From contig JBHGNT010000004.1 in assembly GCA_043228905.1 (NCBI GenBank), positions 1,116,001 to 1,180,000 of the forward strand: 64,000 bases of DNA, in the 5' to 3' direction. Positions 49,760-63,895 of this stretch are shown here, piece after piece. The notes beneath the pieces are model-generated. The model searched no databases, had not been told where the DNA came from, and worked only from the letters and a program-made list of their open reading frames with translations. Numbering within the stretch: the stretch's first letter is position 1; every line of letters starts with the position of its first letter. Source of the stretch: Azolla caroliniana. Taxonomy: Eukaryota; Plantae; Polypodiophyta. The position numbers and the translations under genes are program-made.

Positions 49760-51295
49760 ACAGTATGATGCTTAGGCAGAAAAAATACTTGCCATGGGGA
49801 CAAATGTTAGGGTACAATGTTAGTTTAGTAAGAGACTGGGAGGTTTTCAAAAGGAAGAGAAGGGAGGGTCTGGTTTGTAGTACTAGGTTTATTGGCAGGC
49901 TGGAAAAGGTGACCCGTTTGATAGATAAGGCCGTTGATGGTTTAATTAGGCTGAATGAAGAAGAGGGGGTCTGGTTTGGGTGGTTTGTAGGTGAGGGTGA
50001 CGTACAAATTATCCGTGGCAGGTGCCCATCTAATGAGTATCGTTTGTGGGGCAACCTAAGTGCTCTGTTAGACAATGGCCAGTGGTTGGCAATGCGGGTT
50101 ACAATATTGGAAGGTAAGAAGTGGCAAGTAAACCCGGACCTAGGGAAGTTGGAAACTGATTGTAAACTTCAGATAGTTGACAACAAGCTCGTATGTGATT
50201 TGGATTGGGATCCACTAGAGGTGTGGTGGTAGAAACCGGGAACGGACAAATTAGAAAGGTTTTTCGAGTACAATACTAAGCTAGGAAGGCAAATCATTGG
50301 CTCCAAAGCAATGCGTGCTGCTCTAACTCGCAATAGTTGGAGGGATAAAGGCATATTCGATGACTTGTTGAAGTCATTTTGGAGGAGACTATGGGCGTTC
50401 GATATCCCCCAAAAAATAAAGCTTTGGTTGTGGCTTCTTCGTCATAAAGCGGTACCGGTAAGGGACTGGCTGAGGTGTCGTGGTGATGAGGCTGGTTGCA
50501 AGATATGTGGACACCCTTTGGAATCAATCCCTCACTGTTTTTGGAATTGTGGAGAGGCTATTAGCATTTGGGGTAGAAGTCTCAGGATAGTGGCAACATG
50601 CGATGTGAATGGGAGAGTTGTATGGGGGTCCTTACAGGGCCTAAAGTTAACAAGGGAAGGCTGGGCTGAACAATTAAACCCCCACGGTCATGGATTTATA
50701 GTGCAGGGTGGCAAGGTGTTTCAACGTGTTGGAGTTTGACCTGGCACTAACTCAGCAATTTTAGAAGAGATATGGATGATGGTGGCTTGTTTATCGGTCT
50801 GGCACATTTGGACCAGGCATTGTAAGTATGTTTTTCAACAGCAAAAGCTCCCTAACGGTGAGGTGTTGTTAAATATCTAGTTCGAGTTGGTATCTTGGCT
50901 GCGGGGACGGTACGACTCAATTAAGGGGGAATCTAATGCAGCTGAAAGAGCTCGGTCAAAGTTCCTGCTTAAATAGGGTAGTTCTCCTATGGTGGGTAGA
51001 TCATCATCAGGGCCTGAATGGAACTACCAAGCATCCTGATGGTTGTTTTTGCCAATGGCTTCCATTAGTGACATTGTGTTGTAAATATGTATAGATATGG
51101 TACAAGTTAATTACTAGGTTATAGCCTATAGGAGTTGTTGGGATACTTTTGTTGAAAATGAGGTGGGAACTATGACCATTTTGTTGAGAAGGCCAAAGTT
51201 GGATTGCTGAAATTTTGGTGGTCTATGATGTACTTTGTTTATTAACTAATGTGAAGTAGTGTTTTTTTTGGAAAAAAAAGAAAAAAGAAAAAAAA
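49760..51295 (+). mobile_element. 5'-truncated LINE with zf-RVT and poly(A) tail (second family)
   Basis: KIKLWLWLLRHKAVPV...CKICGHPLESIPHCFWNC, downstream WHIWTR...F motif, in-frame TAG stops, A-rich tail at 51271-51295. Confidence 0.8.
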
Positions 51296-52956
51296 GTGTT
51301 GCATATTATAACAACTATGAGAATAACACAACATCATTTGCATGAAAGAATTGGTAAGGTTGTTCGACAGAGACCAAAAGGTCATGTATCCATACATTCC
51401 ATAATGGCATCTAGTTAATTAGATGAAGAAAAAAATCACACATTTTTTTTTCCAAAAAAAAGATACTACATTAGTATTAGAAAACGCCATAAGGCTAAAC
51501 ATACAAGATATCCACAAATCCCCTCTATTTTTCTAAATTCTAACCATCGGTTTAAATAAATACTTTGGTGTTGAGTTAAACCACTCCACCTTATCAAAAA
51601 GCTGTCTATAAAATATACCTACGTCCTAGTTGGCATGAAACTCCAAACGCTTAAGCTCCGCTTGGTGCGTAATTAATTGCATAAGTTATTATTATTATTA
51701 TCATAAGTTAATTGCGTGTGCGAAAGAGAGAAGCAATGCATTCCCTAATCCCATCTTGTAAGTTAGAAAAAATATTGCATAATAAAGAAGTACCAAAGTC
51801 AAGCCTTGAACCTAAAGCCTAAAGTTGGTGGTTTTATCGCACATGTTATTTGGAAAATGTATCCGAAAGGTTTGTCTTCTTGTTACTTTATGCCTAGATG
51901 ATGAAACTTTAGTCAATATATTGAAAATGGTCCACATGATGACCTGGAAATTATATTCCATTTTCAAAGGTATTTGGGTTGCATCATAATTGAATTGGAA
52001 TGAGAGAGATTTCCACTACCTATAGTGGTGAACCGTGACACCACTCAATTGTGATTCCATTCTAGAGTTTTTCACACTCATTTGTTAATATAATTGTGTG
52101 GTTTCAACAAAGAGAGAGACAGAGACAGAGACAGAGACAGAGACAGAGAGAGAGACGATTCAAGTTCCACATTCGACCAAAAACATTACTTTAAGATGTG
52201 GTGTTTTGAATCAATGGTTGGGTCCATCCTTGACCGCAAAGGTTTCTTGAATACAATAATTGAGAGCAAGTAAAATGATGTACATTCTAGAAAATGTTGG
52301 TGCCTTCAATCATGAGATAATATTGGCACATTGCAAGAGTAAGGGAATAAATCAATTTATTTGGATAATCTCCGTCCAAAGGTTGAAGCTATTATGTAAG
52401 GGATTAGATCGATGCACAATAGTCTCTATGTTGATTGAAAATTTCAAAACACAAAAGCTAATGATGAAGGCATTTCAAAGCATGCTTATCTACTCACATA
52501 CACTCTTCCCTCTCTAAAATAAATTATTTTGTCTTACTGATGGGGTCATGACTCATCCCCAAGGTTTAAAAAAATATCACACTATCACATCCATTTAATA
52601 GTGGTTGTTGAAACAACCAAATCATTGAGTGTTGAATTTCTAACTTTCTGTCCATGGTGATCTAGTAAAGTCATGTCAAACTAGTTGATGATCACGATCA
52701 AACTTTAATTAACGTAACTGGTTACGCTTGCGGAAAAGGGTAACGTCCATTTTCAAGGGCTTTGCAATCCTCAAAATTTTGAGGGCTTGTTGAGAAGTAT
52801 CAATCCTACATTGGATAAAATAAATGTAGGAGAGAGAGAGAGAGAAAAAGAGTTTGGTGTCGTAGTTTTCTTTAGATCCCTAGATACAAAGGGTTCTATA
52901 GTTTGTTGTAAGTTAGTCATGGTGGTGTTTTTTCTTTCGTAATGAAAGCCATTATT

Positions 52957-53002
<46 letters not shown>

Positions 53003-53736
53003 GTTTAATTGAGGGTATTTGGGAAAATAATGAAAAATACTATTGCATTTTAGAGTTTCTATCTATTTATAAAGGGCACAAAGTCCAATATAAACTTTCC
53101 TAAATTCATGCTAATCAGCATGTTCTCAATATCTATAGAGTCTCATGATGCACGAAAAGAAAACGTGACCTCTTAGCAAAGGAAAATTCCTCGAAAAACT
53201 ATTCAAATTTGCAAGAATAATGTTTGCCAATTTCTTTAGGATGAAGCATGTTTCCTATTGAATTCCTTAAAATATGCAGTCATTCTATTACAAAACTCTA
53301 ATATGGAAGAGAGACACACTCTACTACAGAAATATAGAAAGCTTAGAAGAAGTTTCTAATTGCCTTCTTCTTGTTTTTCTCAATAATACAAGGACAAAAC
53401 TCAATCAATGAGTAACTAGGAGCGTTCCCTAAAAGGCTACAACATATCTCAATCGCATGGCAAAAACCTGTTTTGAAGCTCTACTGACACAAGTATCCAA
53501 CACAAGCGAAAGAAAATCGGCCATACAAATATTTCGAGTGTACAAACAAAAAATAAAGGCAAAGGAAACAATTAGGAAAAGGCATAGGCAAATACACGTA
53601 TACATAAATATTTGACTGAGTCGTCGATAGTGTGCTTCTTGGAAACAAGTCAAAAGACCAAAAAAGTGAAGATAAAATACATTGATCACAAAGGTTCAAG
53701 TGCACATTAGGGCAAAAGGTGTGTGCACAAGCAACC

Positions 53737-56700
53737 ATGGTGGTGCTTAACCCATTCTTCCTCTTCCTCTTCCTCTTCTTCTTCTTCTTCTTCCATGTCT
53801 CCAACCCTTGGCTTCATACCATTGCATTCGCTCGTAATGCCCCCAACCTTACCGATGACGCCCTTACTCTCCTTCGATTGAAACAAGAGGTTTTATTGCC
53901 TAGTGACTCGCCCCTCGAGTTAACCTCTAGTGGGTGGACCTCCGAAACCATCTCCTCCGTGTGCTCATGGACACGTGTCACTTGTTCTAACAATGGAGAT
54001 AACTCGACCAATGTTGTTAGCGGTTTGGATTTCACAAATCTCAACCTTAATGGAACCTTGAACCAAACTGTGTGTGCCCTACCCAACCTCACTCAACTCC
54101 TCCTAAGGTTCAACAACTTCACCCAACCCTTCCCTCTCTTCCTCCTTGACCTTTGCCCCCACTTGACTTACCTTGACCTAAGCCAAAACTGGTTTTATGG
54201 GGACCTACCCGCCAACATCTCTGCCTTGACCAAACTCCAGTACCTAAGCCTAGAGTCAAATTCCTTCACTGGACCAATCCCGGCCAATTTCGGGAGCCTA
54301 CCCGATCTCAAACTACTACGACTCCGTGGAAACAGCCTTGAAGGACGCATCCCGCCCGAGCTAGGCAACCTTTCGAACCTCCAGAAACTCGACCTCGCCT
54401 ACACATTTCCCAACGATCCATCGGTCTATCGCGTGATCCCACAGGAATTCGGCAACCTCACGAATCTGGAGACTCTTGAGCTCGCTGGATCGAATTTTTT
54501 TGGGTCCATTCCGTCGAGCCTAGGTGGACTCTCCCAATTGTCCATGCTCGACCTAAGTGGTAATAACCTCACTGGCATAGTTCCCCCTTCTTTGGCCAAC
54601 CTCACAAGCATACAATACTTCTACCTCTACGATAACCAACTATCTGGCCCTCTGCCCCAACTCGGACACCTAGATGACCTTATCGACATCCAAATGAATG
54701 AAAACTACTTCAATGGCACCATCCCTGAGAGCTTTGCTACCCTATCCTCCCTTTACAAACTCCATCTTTTCAGCAACCAACTTAGTGGCACTTTGCCCCA
54801 AGGGCTTGAGTTCCTACCAAATCTAACAACCTTGGTGCTCTACAACAACTTCTTCTCGGGTGAGATTTCGCCGGAATGGGGACTCCACTCGGCCCGCCTC
54901 ATCCAATTCGATGTGGGCAAAAATAGCTTTTCAGGCCCTCTTCCCCCTCATCTTTGTCATAGTGGAACTATTCAATACATCTCCTTCATGAATAATAGGA
55001 TGAATGGCACAATCCCGGACAACTATGGGTTCGAGTGTGAAAGCTTGCGTCGGTTTCGCGTGGATGGGAATTTTCTCTCGGGGAGTGTGCCGAGCGGATT
55101 GTGGACCCGACCCAAAGATGCCCTTACTTTGCAAAACAACATGCTTTCAGGTAACATTAACCTTACAAATTCACAGGGTGCAAGAGGACTGAATGTGTTG
55201 TTCATAGACTATAATGAGTTTGAAGGCAAAATTCCCGATGACATCGGAAAATTGTGGAATCTAACCAAATTCACAGCCACCCACAACAAGCTCTCCGGGG
55301 ATCTACCATTTCAAATCACTACCTTGACTATTTTGGAGAGCCTCAATTTGTCTTCAAACATGATCTCTGGTGAAATCCCCTCTTCCATTAATGCATTGGA
55401 AAGGCTCAACTTCCTAGATCTATCTCATAACAACCTCATAGGTCCTATACCGCCTCAATTAAGGCTACTAGAGAACCTAAATTACCTCGATCTGTCTTTC
55501 AATTCCTTGAATGGAACTTTCCCGGACGCTTTTGTGAATGAGGCAAGCACCGAACTTACGAATTTTAATGTCTCCTACAATAACTTATCGGGGATTGCTC
55601 CAAAACAATTGGTAGATACGTTCCCGGGTAGTTTCAATGGAAATCCATTGCTTTGTTATATGTCTTCGTGTTATACAACCTCAGTGGGTACAAACAAGGA
55701 TAACAAGGGTCAAAGCCGATTAAAAATAATCATAGCTGTGGTGTTGATTTCCATTGGTGCTTTGGTATTATGTGTAGCTATTGCTTGGTTCTTGTGTGTT
55801 AACAGAAGGATTAAACTTATGAACGAAATAGATTGGAAGGTGATGCCTTTCCAAAGGTTAGATTTTAGTGAAGAGAAAATATTTGAAAGGCTAGATGAAG
55901 AAAATGTGATTGGGTCAGGAGGAAGTGGGAAAGTCTACAAAGTGACCTTCCCAAAATGCAAAACAATAGTAGCCGTGAAGAAAATCATGTGTCAAGGTCC
56001 ACTGACAAAGTCAAGAAACAAGTTCATTGCATTCTCAACTGAGATGAACATTTTAGGGAATGTCAAGCACAAGAATGTTGTGAAGTTGTTGTGTTGTTGT
56101 GTAAGTGATGAGACCAAGCTCCTAGTCTACGAATACATGCCACGTGGAAGTTTGGGAGATGTTCTTCACAAGCGATTCACGACCGAGCTCACCAATTGGG
56201 AGACAAGGTTTGGCATTGCATTGGGAACAGCCAAAGCACTCTCATACCTTCACCATGATTGTATACCCTCTATATTGCATCGAGACATCAAGAGTAACAA
56301 CATCCTTATAAGTTGGGATTTTGAACCTAAGGTCGCCGACTTTGGCGTGGCAAAGACGATGGATATTATGCCAGACGGTAAGCTAGTCGAGATGACAAGA
56401 GTGGTTGGTTCAGTTGGCTACATTGCTCCAGGTAATTACTTCACAATGCTTTTGTTAGGAGCTTATGCATACATATAAAATCTAGATAGTGATTATCTAC
56501 AATATATTATGATATGAATTTTGACATTAGTGGGAGAATTTTCTTATTGGTTAATGGCATCATGAATCCTTGATACGAATAAAAATCAAGACTTTAAATG
56601 GAATTGGTTAATGGCATGGACTTTAAATGGAATGTTAGGTATCATGTTAAATGCTCTAGCTAAAGATGTTTTATTGAAATAAATTACCATTTCCACCGAA

Positions 56701-57312
56701 TGGCATGGTATTGTTTTTAACGCTTGGGTTCTCATGAGGGATTTCTAAAGCTATAAATGTATGAACAAATTAGTAATGTGTTTGATAGTAAACAAAATTA
56801 GGTATATACTTTTTTATGAAGTTGTGAGATTTCTTAAACATGATTTAATTTTGAATACAGAGTATGCACGCACATTGAAGGTCGACGAAAAGAGTGATGT
56901 GTATAGCTATGGAGTGGTATTATTAGAATTGTTGACGGGAAGGAGAGCAACACTAGGTAGCGAGGACAATATGGATGTACATAAGAAGACTTACATTACG
57001 GGGTCCACGGAACACATGGATCTTGTGAGATGGGTAACAATAATGGCAAGAAGCAAGGAGGATGTGTGGACGGTGATGGATACAAGGCTAGACATAATGG
57101 AAGAACATAAAGAAAGCATAGTGTCCCTACTCAAGATCGCGTTGCTATGTACAAGTAGTCTTCCTCAACGGCGTCCCTCCATGAGGGAGGTGGTGGAACT
57201 TCTAAATGAAGCAACCCCGGTGCACACTACACACTCAAAGCTCTTGAGAAGTGCCACCCAAGGACATAATGCAGTTAAGCAAAAATTGAAAACCAACCCC
57301 TACCTTATCTGA
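53737..57312 (+). CDS. LRR receptor-like kinase, subfamily XI-like (HAESA/HSL-like), copy 1
   Basis: Exons 53737-56431 and 56861-57312. Signal peptide, CSWTRVTC cap, about 21 LRRs, TM, WKVMPFQRLDF, ENVIGSGGSGKVYK, HRDIKSNN, DFG, intron at GYIAP/EY, VDEKSDVYSYGVVLLEL. Confidence 0.92.
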
Positions 57313-57443
57313 AATAGGAAAATGCCAACCCCAATAACTTTGCAAACAACTATTACGTGGATGACTTATAGTTGTTGTTTGAGGACAATGTGGGTGAAAG
57401 AAAGGTATGTTGAATGGGAGCCGACAAGCCTCATACTCCTCTC

Positions 57444-57923
57444 TGTTGAGTGACAAGCTCAACATGAACCGAATCGGCTAAAGGCCGAAAGGCCGAGCCG
57501 GTTGAAGAAGCCGAAAGTCGGATCGGCTGAGTAGAGCCGGTTGAAGAAGCCGAAAACTAGATCGGCTGAGGAGAGTCGCTTGAAGAAGTTGAAAGCTAGG
57601 ACCGTCTGAAGAAGTCATTAGGTCCTATATCCCTATTTTAGTAATAAACAACAAGTCAATGTCACAGCTCGTAAGTGAGCATTAAGTACTTTGTTAGTAC
57701 TTGTGATGGCACACTTTCAGGGGGCTTGTATAAATGTGTTGGATGAGCACATTGTATGTATGGAGTCTTTTTGTAATAGAATTTTTTGTGTTGTCTGCTA
57801 ACTTTGTCTCTCTCTTTCGCTGTGTACTTGATCCCTGCTCACATTGTCTATGTATTCCTAAGTGTCTATAGTTTGCCGGTTGAGCCGACTACTTGTGTAA
57901 GCTTCCACACCTTAACTTTTTCA
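57444..57923. mobile_element. Solo LTR (480 bp)
   Basis: TGTT...TTCA ends with a perfect 5-bp TSD CTCTC; internal about 38-bp repeats gagccggttgaagaagccgaaa...atcggctga. Confidence 0.8.
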
Positions 57924-58831
57924 CTCTCAAGGCCTCTTTTAAATGTGATTGGTGGTGGGGTGATTGAGAGGTTGGGTTACACTATTGATACTGGGAACTT
58001 AAAGCAAAAGTGGATCAAAACATATTGTTGATCTTTTCACCTAGTAGTCGACATATTCACTTAAAGCCCAAGCCTTGTTGGAAGGGCAATTGCCGTCGGA
58101 AGTACAAAAGCTAAACAAAAGGCTCTAAATGTACCAATGTAGTGAAATGAATTATCTCATGCAAATGTAACTTCATATTTATGAATATAATGAATTTGGA
58201 TATGCACAAGCATATAAAGTTTTTATAAATAACACCATTGTAATACTAATGATCATGCCATACATACAAACCCCATGGAAGCTTGTTTATTTTGCACTTG
58301 TGTGTATCATATATTATACATTGAGCAATAATCATTGTTGTACCTATCGTATACACATTGGTATGTATTAGTTTGAAGTAAATTTTTGGTAGCATGTATA
58401 TAGGTCTCATATCAATAAGCAACATTCAGATTACTCATTTTAAGTTTAGAAATGTCAATTCTAGCCTAAGTAAAAGAACTAAATGTAGATTTATGAATAA
58501 CATGCTTCTATGACAATTATCGTAAATTTTAGTATTTGTGATTGTTTGCTTCAAAACAATGGGTTTAAAACATGAACATTCACATATTGTCCATGATACA
58601 AAAGAGTTAAAACAATAACATTGCCCAATTAAAAGACTATGACAACATCGAAAGTATATTAATCTAATTCAACTCACCTTTGCACAAAAATGGTATGAAA
58701 GTGTTTACAAAATTTCATAAAATCATCTTAATCTTTTTTTTCTTTTTCTTTTTCCAAAGGCAAGACATCATGTTTGTCATTTGATTTGGTCTAAAGGATG
58801 ATAGTGGGTATAGCAATGGGCCCGATTCATG

Positions 58832-59009
58832 TTTGGCATTTGACTTGGTCTAAAGCATAATATGAACCATACGTACCATACATGCATTCGCATTCAACTA
58901 TGTTTCAATCATTTGAGTATGGCATTTGATTTGGTCTAAAGCATAATATGAACCATGTGTACCATACGTGTATTCGCATTCAACTATGTTTCAGTCATTT
59001 GAGTATGGT
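58832..59009. repeat. Tandem repeat, about 86 bp x 2 (partial third copy upstream)
   Basis: tggcatttgatttggtctaaagcataatatgaacca...catttgagta repeated. Confidence 0.85.
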
Positions 59010-59448
59010 AAACACCCTCGAAGTATGGTAAATAGTAAATAGTAAATACCATATTTTTAGATTTATTTTTTACCATAAGGTAAAACTATTTTTAAAGGTA
59101 AAAAAGTTAACAACATTGCAAACATCAATCACATTGCTTTCTTAATAGCCATATGCTTTTTTCCATAAATTTTAGTAACAAAAATAAAAAAATGCCTAAT
59201 CTTCATAACTCTCGGTTGTTTGATAAGGCTTACATTACTCTATTCAAAGATGTTGCCAAAGAAAGGCTCTCCACCAAGAATGCCAATTTGCACTTGAAGG
59301 TCATTGATCTATTATTGACGATGGTGTTAAACCAACCCATTATACATTTGTTTGCCTCTTCAAAGCTTGTGCTATTGTAGATTGACTTGAGGAAGGAAAG
59401 AAGATACATGAACATGCTCGCCAAAATGGTTATTGCTCTAATATTCAT

Positions 59449-59630
59449 GTCGGCTCTTCCATAGTTAGTATGTATAGCAAATGTTGAGATATAGTTGAGG
59501 TAGAGAATGTGTTCTCTTCATTGCCTCGCCGGGGGGTGGTTACATGGAATGTTATGCTCTTTGATTACGTTAAACAGAACCAAGTGTACAAGGTTTTGAA
59601 GCTCTACGAACAAATGCAAGAAGAAGGATG
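59449..59630 (+). pseudogene. PLS-PPR gene fragment
   Basis: GSSIVSMYSKC*DIVEVENVFSSLPRRGVVTWNVMLFDYVKQNQVYKVLKLYEQMQEEG: an S motif plus a P motif with an internal stop. Confidence 0.7.
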
Positions 59631-59749
59631 TGGGTCAACGTTTGAGGCTAAATGGGAGAGGAAGGGAGTTTGGCATCATGTTGATGTGTAGAAACTGATG
59701 GCAGGAGAAGATATATGCGTTGTGTAGAACGTTCACCCCTTTTTGAGCA

Positions 59750-60105
59750 AAAATAAAAGTAAAGAAGTTAAACTAATTTAAAAACTAAATAAACAAAAAC
59801 ACATTAAATTATATAAGCATTAATCGATAAATTTTTTTAATTAAAATTAAATAAACATTTAAGTTAATTAATTAAATCAATAAAATAATAATAATTAAAC
59901 CATTAAGGGAAAAAAAAAAAGTTAACCAATAAACCTTTAAATCAAACCATTTAAACTGATAAGCCTGAGTTTTAAAACCAAACCAAACTAAAACCGAACC
60001 GTTTATTAATAATCTAAACCAAACCAAACCGTTCCCATTTTTTGGGAGCCGATAACCATTAAACCATGACTTAATGGTTTGGTTCGGTTTGAGCCAAAAG
60101 TGGCC
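59750..60105. mobile_element. MITE-like end with AACCG/AACCA subterminal repeats
   Basis: AT-rich core, then aaaccgaaccg...ttggttcggttt, similar in style to 20886-21313. Confidence 0.4.
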
Positions 60106-60208
60106 CCATAGCTAATAGTGGGTTCAATTTATTGGGTTTCTACAATAATCCAAATTTCTGGGCCTATGTAAAATAGCCATAATGAATTTTTCTATTTATA
60201 AAAAGAGG

Positions 60209-60308
<100 letters not shown>

Positions 60309-61215
60309 CTTATTTCGTAAATATGGTCAAACATTCTAGAAAATATTGGGGACTTGATAAAGTGCGATAGTGGATGATATTAACAAATCTAAACTTTAGG
60401 ACATTGGCACATTGTAAGTTTAAGAGTTCATATAAATTAATTTGTTACATACACTCTAAGTCAATTGAGGCATTTGATTAACGTAAGTATGAAGGGATTA
60501 CATATATATATGCGTGTGTGTGTGTGTGTGTGTGTGTATCATAGTCTAAAATAAATCATTCCCTCTCTATAAAATCTCTCCTATGGTACTCTTTATTTGG
60601 TGATCCTATCAGTATCTAGCCTCCAAATTTTGATGGGGTAACATTCATTTCCTAGTTCTTGCTGATACAAGCAAATTATTGAGTCTATGCTTTTGAGTTT
60701 TGAGTCGTTGCAAGATAACAGCCATTTTAAGGATTTGGGGTTTCTGAGCCGGACTAGGGAAAAATGCAACAATAGAGTAACTCGGAATTCCCCCAAAAAG
60801 CATACAAAGGTGCTCCAATGTACATTAGAAAATTGTTTCAAGCTTTGCAATTGGTTTGCGAATTTTTAACACAACAAACCCAATAATGAAATCTGGTATG
60901 AAAATTAAAAACAAGCCTTATCCAATAGGAAAACTACACTTAGGAAAACATTTCACGCGCACATGATGACCATGGTTTCTGAGCAACACGACATGATTGA
61001 AGGGTGTGAGAAATTAGAGACACAAATATATAGAGTCAAGAAAAGTGTGCCATGAATAAGACCATGGGCTCAAAAAGTTAAAAGGAGAGATGATAAAGAA
61101 AAGAAAAGAAAAAAGCAAACCCTCAATGCTGACAATGGTCCCTAACATATCAAAACTTTGATCCACACAGGCTTCAATTGCACCTTAATGCCAAAGTACA
61201 TATGCACTAGCAACC

Positions 61216-63895
61216 ATGGCACTCCTTAATCCCTTCTTCTTCTTCTTCTTCTTCTTCCATGTCACAACCTCTTCGTTTCATACCATTGCCTTCGTGATTA
61301 GTGGCACCAACCTCACCAATGACGCTCTAACCCTCCTTCAATTGAAACAAGAGGTTTTATCGCCAAATGACTCGCCCCTTGTCTTAACCTCTGGTGAATG
61401 GACCTCCCAAACCATCTCCTCCGTGTGCTCGTGGACACGTGTCACTTGCTCTAACCATGGAGATAACTCTACCAATGTTGTTAGTGGCTTAGATTTCACA
61501 AATCTCAACCTTAATGGAACCTTGACCCAAACGGTGTGTTCCCTACCCAACCTCACTCACCTCCTCCTAAGGTGCAACAACTTCACCCAACCCTTCCCTC
61601 TCTTCATCCTTGACCTTTGCCCCCACTTAACTTACCTTGACTTAAGTCAAAACTCGTTTTATGGAGATCTACCCACCAACATCTCTGCCTTGACCAAACT
61701 CCAGTACCTAAGCCTAGAGTCAAATTACTTCACTGGACCAATCCCGGCCGATTTCGGGAGACTACCCGATCTCACCCTACTACGACTCCGTGGAAACAGA
61801 CTTGAAGGACCCATCCCGCCCGAGCTAGGCAACCTTTCGAACCTCCAGAAACTCGACCTCGCCTACACATTTCCCAACGATCCATCGGTCTATCGCGTGA
61901 TCCCACAGGAATTCGGCAACCTAACAAATCTGGAGTCTCTTGAGCTCATGGGATCGAACTTTTTGGGGTCCATTCCGTCGAGCCTAGGTGGACTCTCCCA
62001 CTTGTCCATGCTCGACCTAAGTGGTAATAACCTCACTGGCATAGTTCCCCCTTCTTTGGCCAACCTCACAAGCATACAATACTTCTACCTCTACAAAAAC
62101 CAACTATCTGGCCCTCTGCCCCAACTCGGACACCTCGATGACCTTATCGACATCGAAATGAGTGGAAACTACTTCAATGGCACCATCCCGGAGAGCTTTG
62201 CTACCCTCTCCTCACTTTACAAACTCCATCTTTTCAGCAACCAACTTAGTGGCACTTTGCCCCAAGGGCTTGAGTCCCTACCAAACCTAACAATCTTGGT
62301 GCTCTACAACAACTTCTTGTGGGGTGAGATTTCGTCAGAATGGGGACTCCACACCACCGGCCTCAACCAATTCGATGTGGGCAACAATAACTTTTCGGGT
62401 CCACTTCCCCCTCATCTTTGTCATAGTGGAACTATTCAATACATCTCCTTCATGAATAATGGGATGAATGGCACAATCCCAGACAACTATGGGTTTGAGT
62501 GTGAAAGCTTGCTTCGGTTTCGCGTGGATGGGAATTTTCTCTCGGGGAGTGTGCCGAGCGGATTGTGGACCCGACCCAAAGATACCCTTACTTTGCAAAA
62601 CAACATGCTTTCAGGTAACATTAACCTTACAAATTCACAGGGTGCAAGAGGACTGAATGTGTTGTTCATAGACTATAATGAGTTTGAAGGTGAAATTCCC
62701 GATGACATCGGAAAATTGTGGAATCTAACCAAATTCACGGCCGCCCACAACAAGCTCTCCGGGGATCTACCATCTCAAATCACTACCTTGACTATTTTGG
62801 AGAGCCTCAATTTGTCCTCAAACATGATCTCTGGTGAAATCCCCTCTTCCATTAATGCATTGGAAAGGCTCAACCTCCTAGATCTATCTCATAACAACCT
62901 CATAGGTCCAATACCACCTCAATTAGGCCTACTAGAGAACCTAGATCACCTCGATCTATCTTTCAATTCCTTGAATGGAACTTTCCCGGACGCTTTTGTG
63001 AATGAGGCAAGCACCGAACTTACAAATTTTAATGTCTCCTACAATAACTTATCGGGGATTGCTCCAAAACAATTGGTAGATACGTTCCCGGGTAGTTTCA
63101 ATGGAAATCCATTGCTTTGTTATATGTCTTTGTGTTATACAACCTCAGTGGGTACAAACAAGGATAACAAGGGCCAAAATCGATTAAAGGTTATTTTAGC
63201 TGTGGTGTTGATTTCCATTGGTGCTTTGGTATTGTGTGGAGCTATTGCAAGGTTCTTATGTGCTAAGAGAAGGTTTAAAAAGATAAAGCCAATAGATTGG
63301 AAGGTGATGCCTTTCCAAAGGTTAGATTTCAATGAAGCCAAAATACCGGAGAGGCTAGATGAAGAAAATGTGATTGGGTCAGGAGGAAGTGGAAAAGTGT
63401 ACAAAGTAAGCTTCCCACAATGCGACACCATAGTGGCTGTGAAGAAAATCATGTGTCGAGCTCCATTTGTAAAGGAAAGTAACAAGTTTGTTGCATTCGC
63501 GACCGAGATGAACATTTTAGGGAATATCAAGCACAAGAATGTTGTGAAGTTGTTGTGTTGTTGTGTGAGTGATGAGACCAAGCTCCTAGTCTATGAATAC
63601 ATGCCACGTGGAAGTCTGGGAGATATTCTTCACAAGAGATTTGCGACCGAGCTCACGAATTGGGAGACAAGGTGCCGCATCGCAATGGGAACGGCCAAAG
63701 CACTCTCATACCTTCACCATGATTGTAGACCTTCTATATTGCATCGAGACATCAAGAGCAACAACATCCTTATAAGTTGGGATTTTGAACCTAAGCTCGC
63801 CGACTTTGGGGTGGCAAAGACGATGGATTTGAATTCCAATGCTAAGCTAAGGTATTTGACAAGAGTTGTTGGTTCAGTTGGTTACATTGCTCCAG
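61216..63895 (+). CDS. LRR receptor-like kinase, subfamily XI-like, copy 2 (exon 1; exon 2 lies beyond the window)
   Basis: Close paralog of copy 1 with the same architecture; donor GCTCCAG/gtaat at 63895-63896. Confidence 0.92.
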
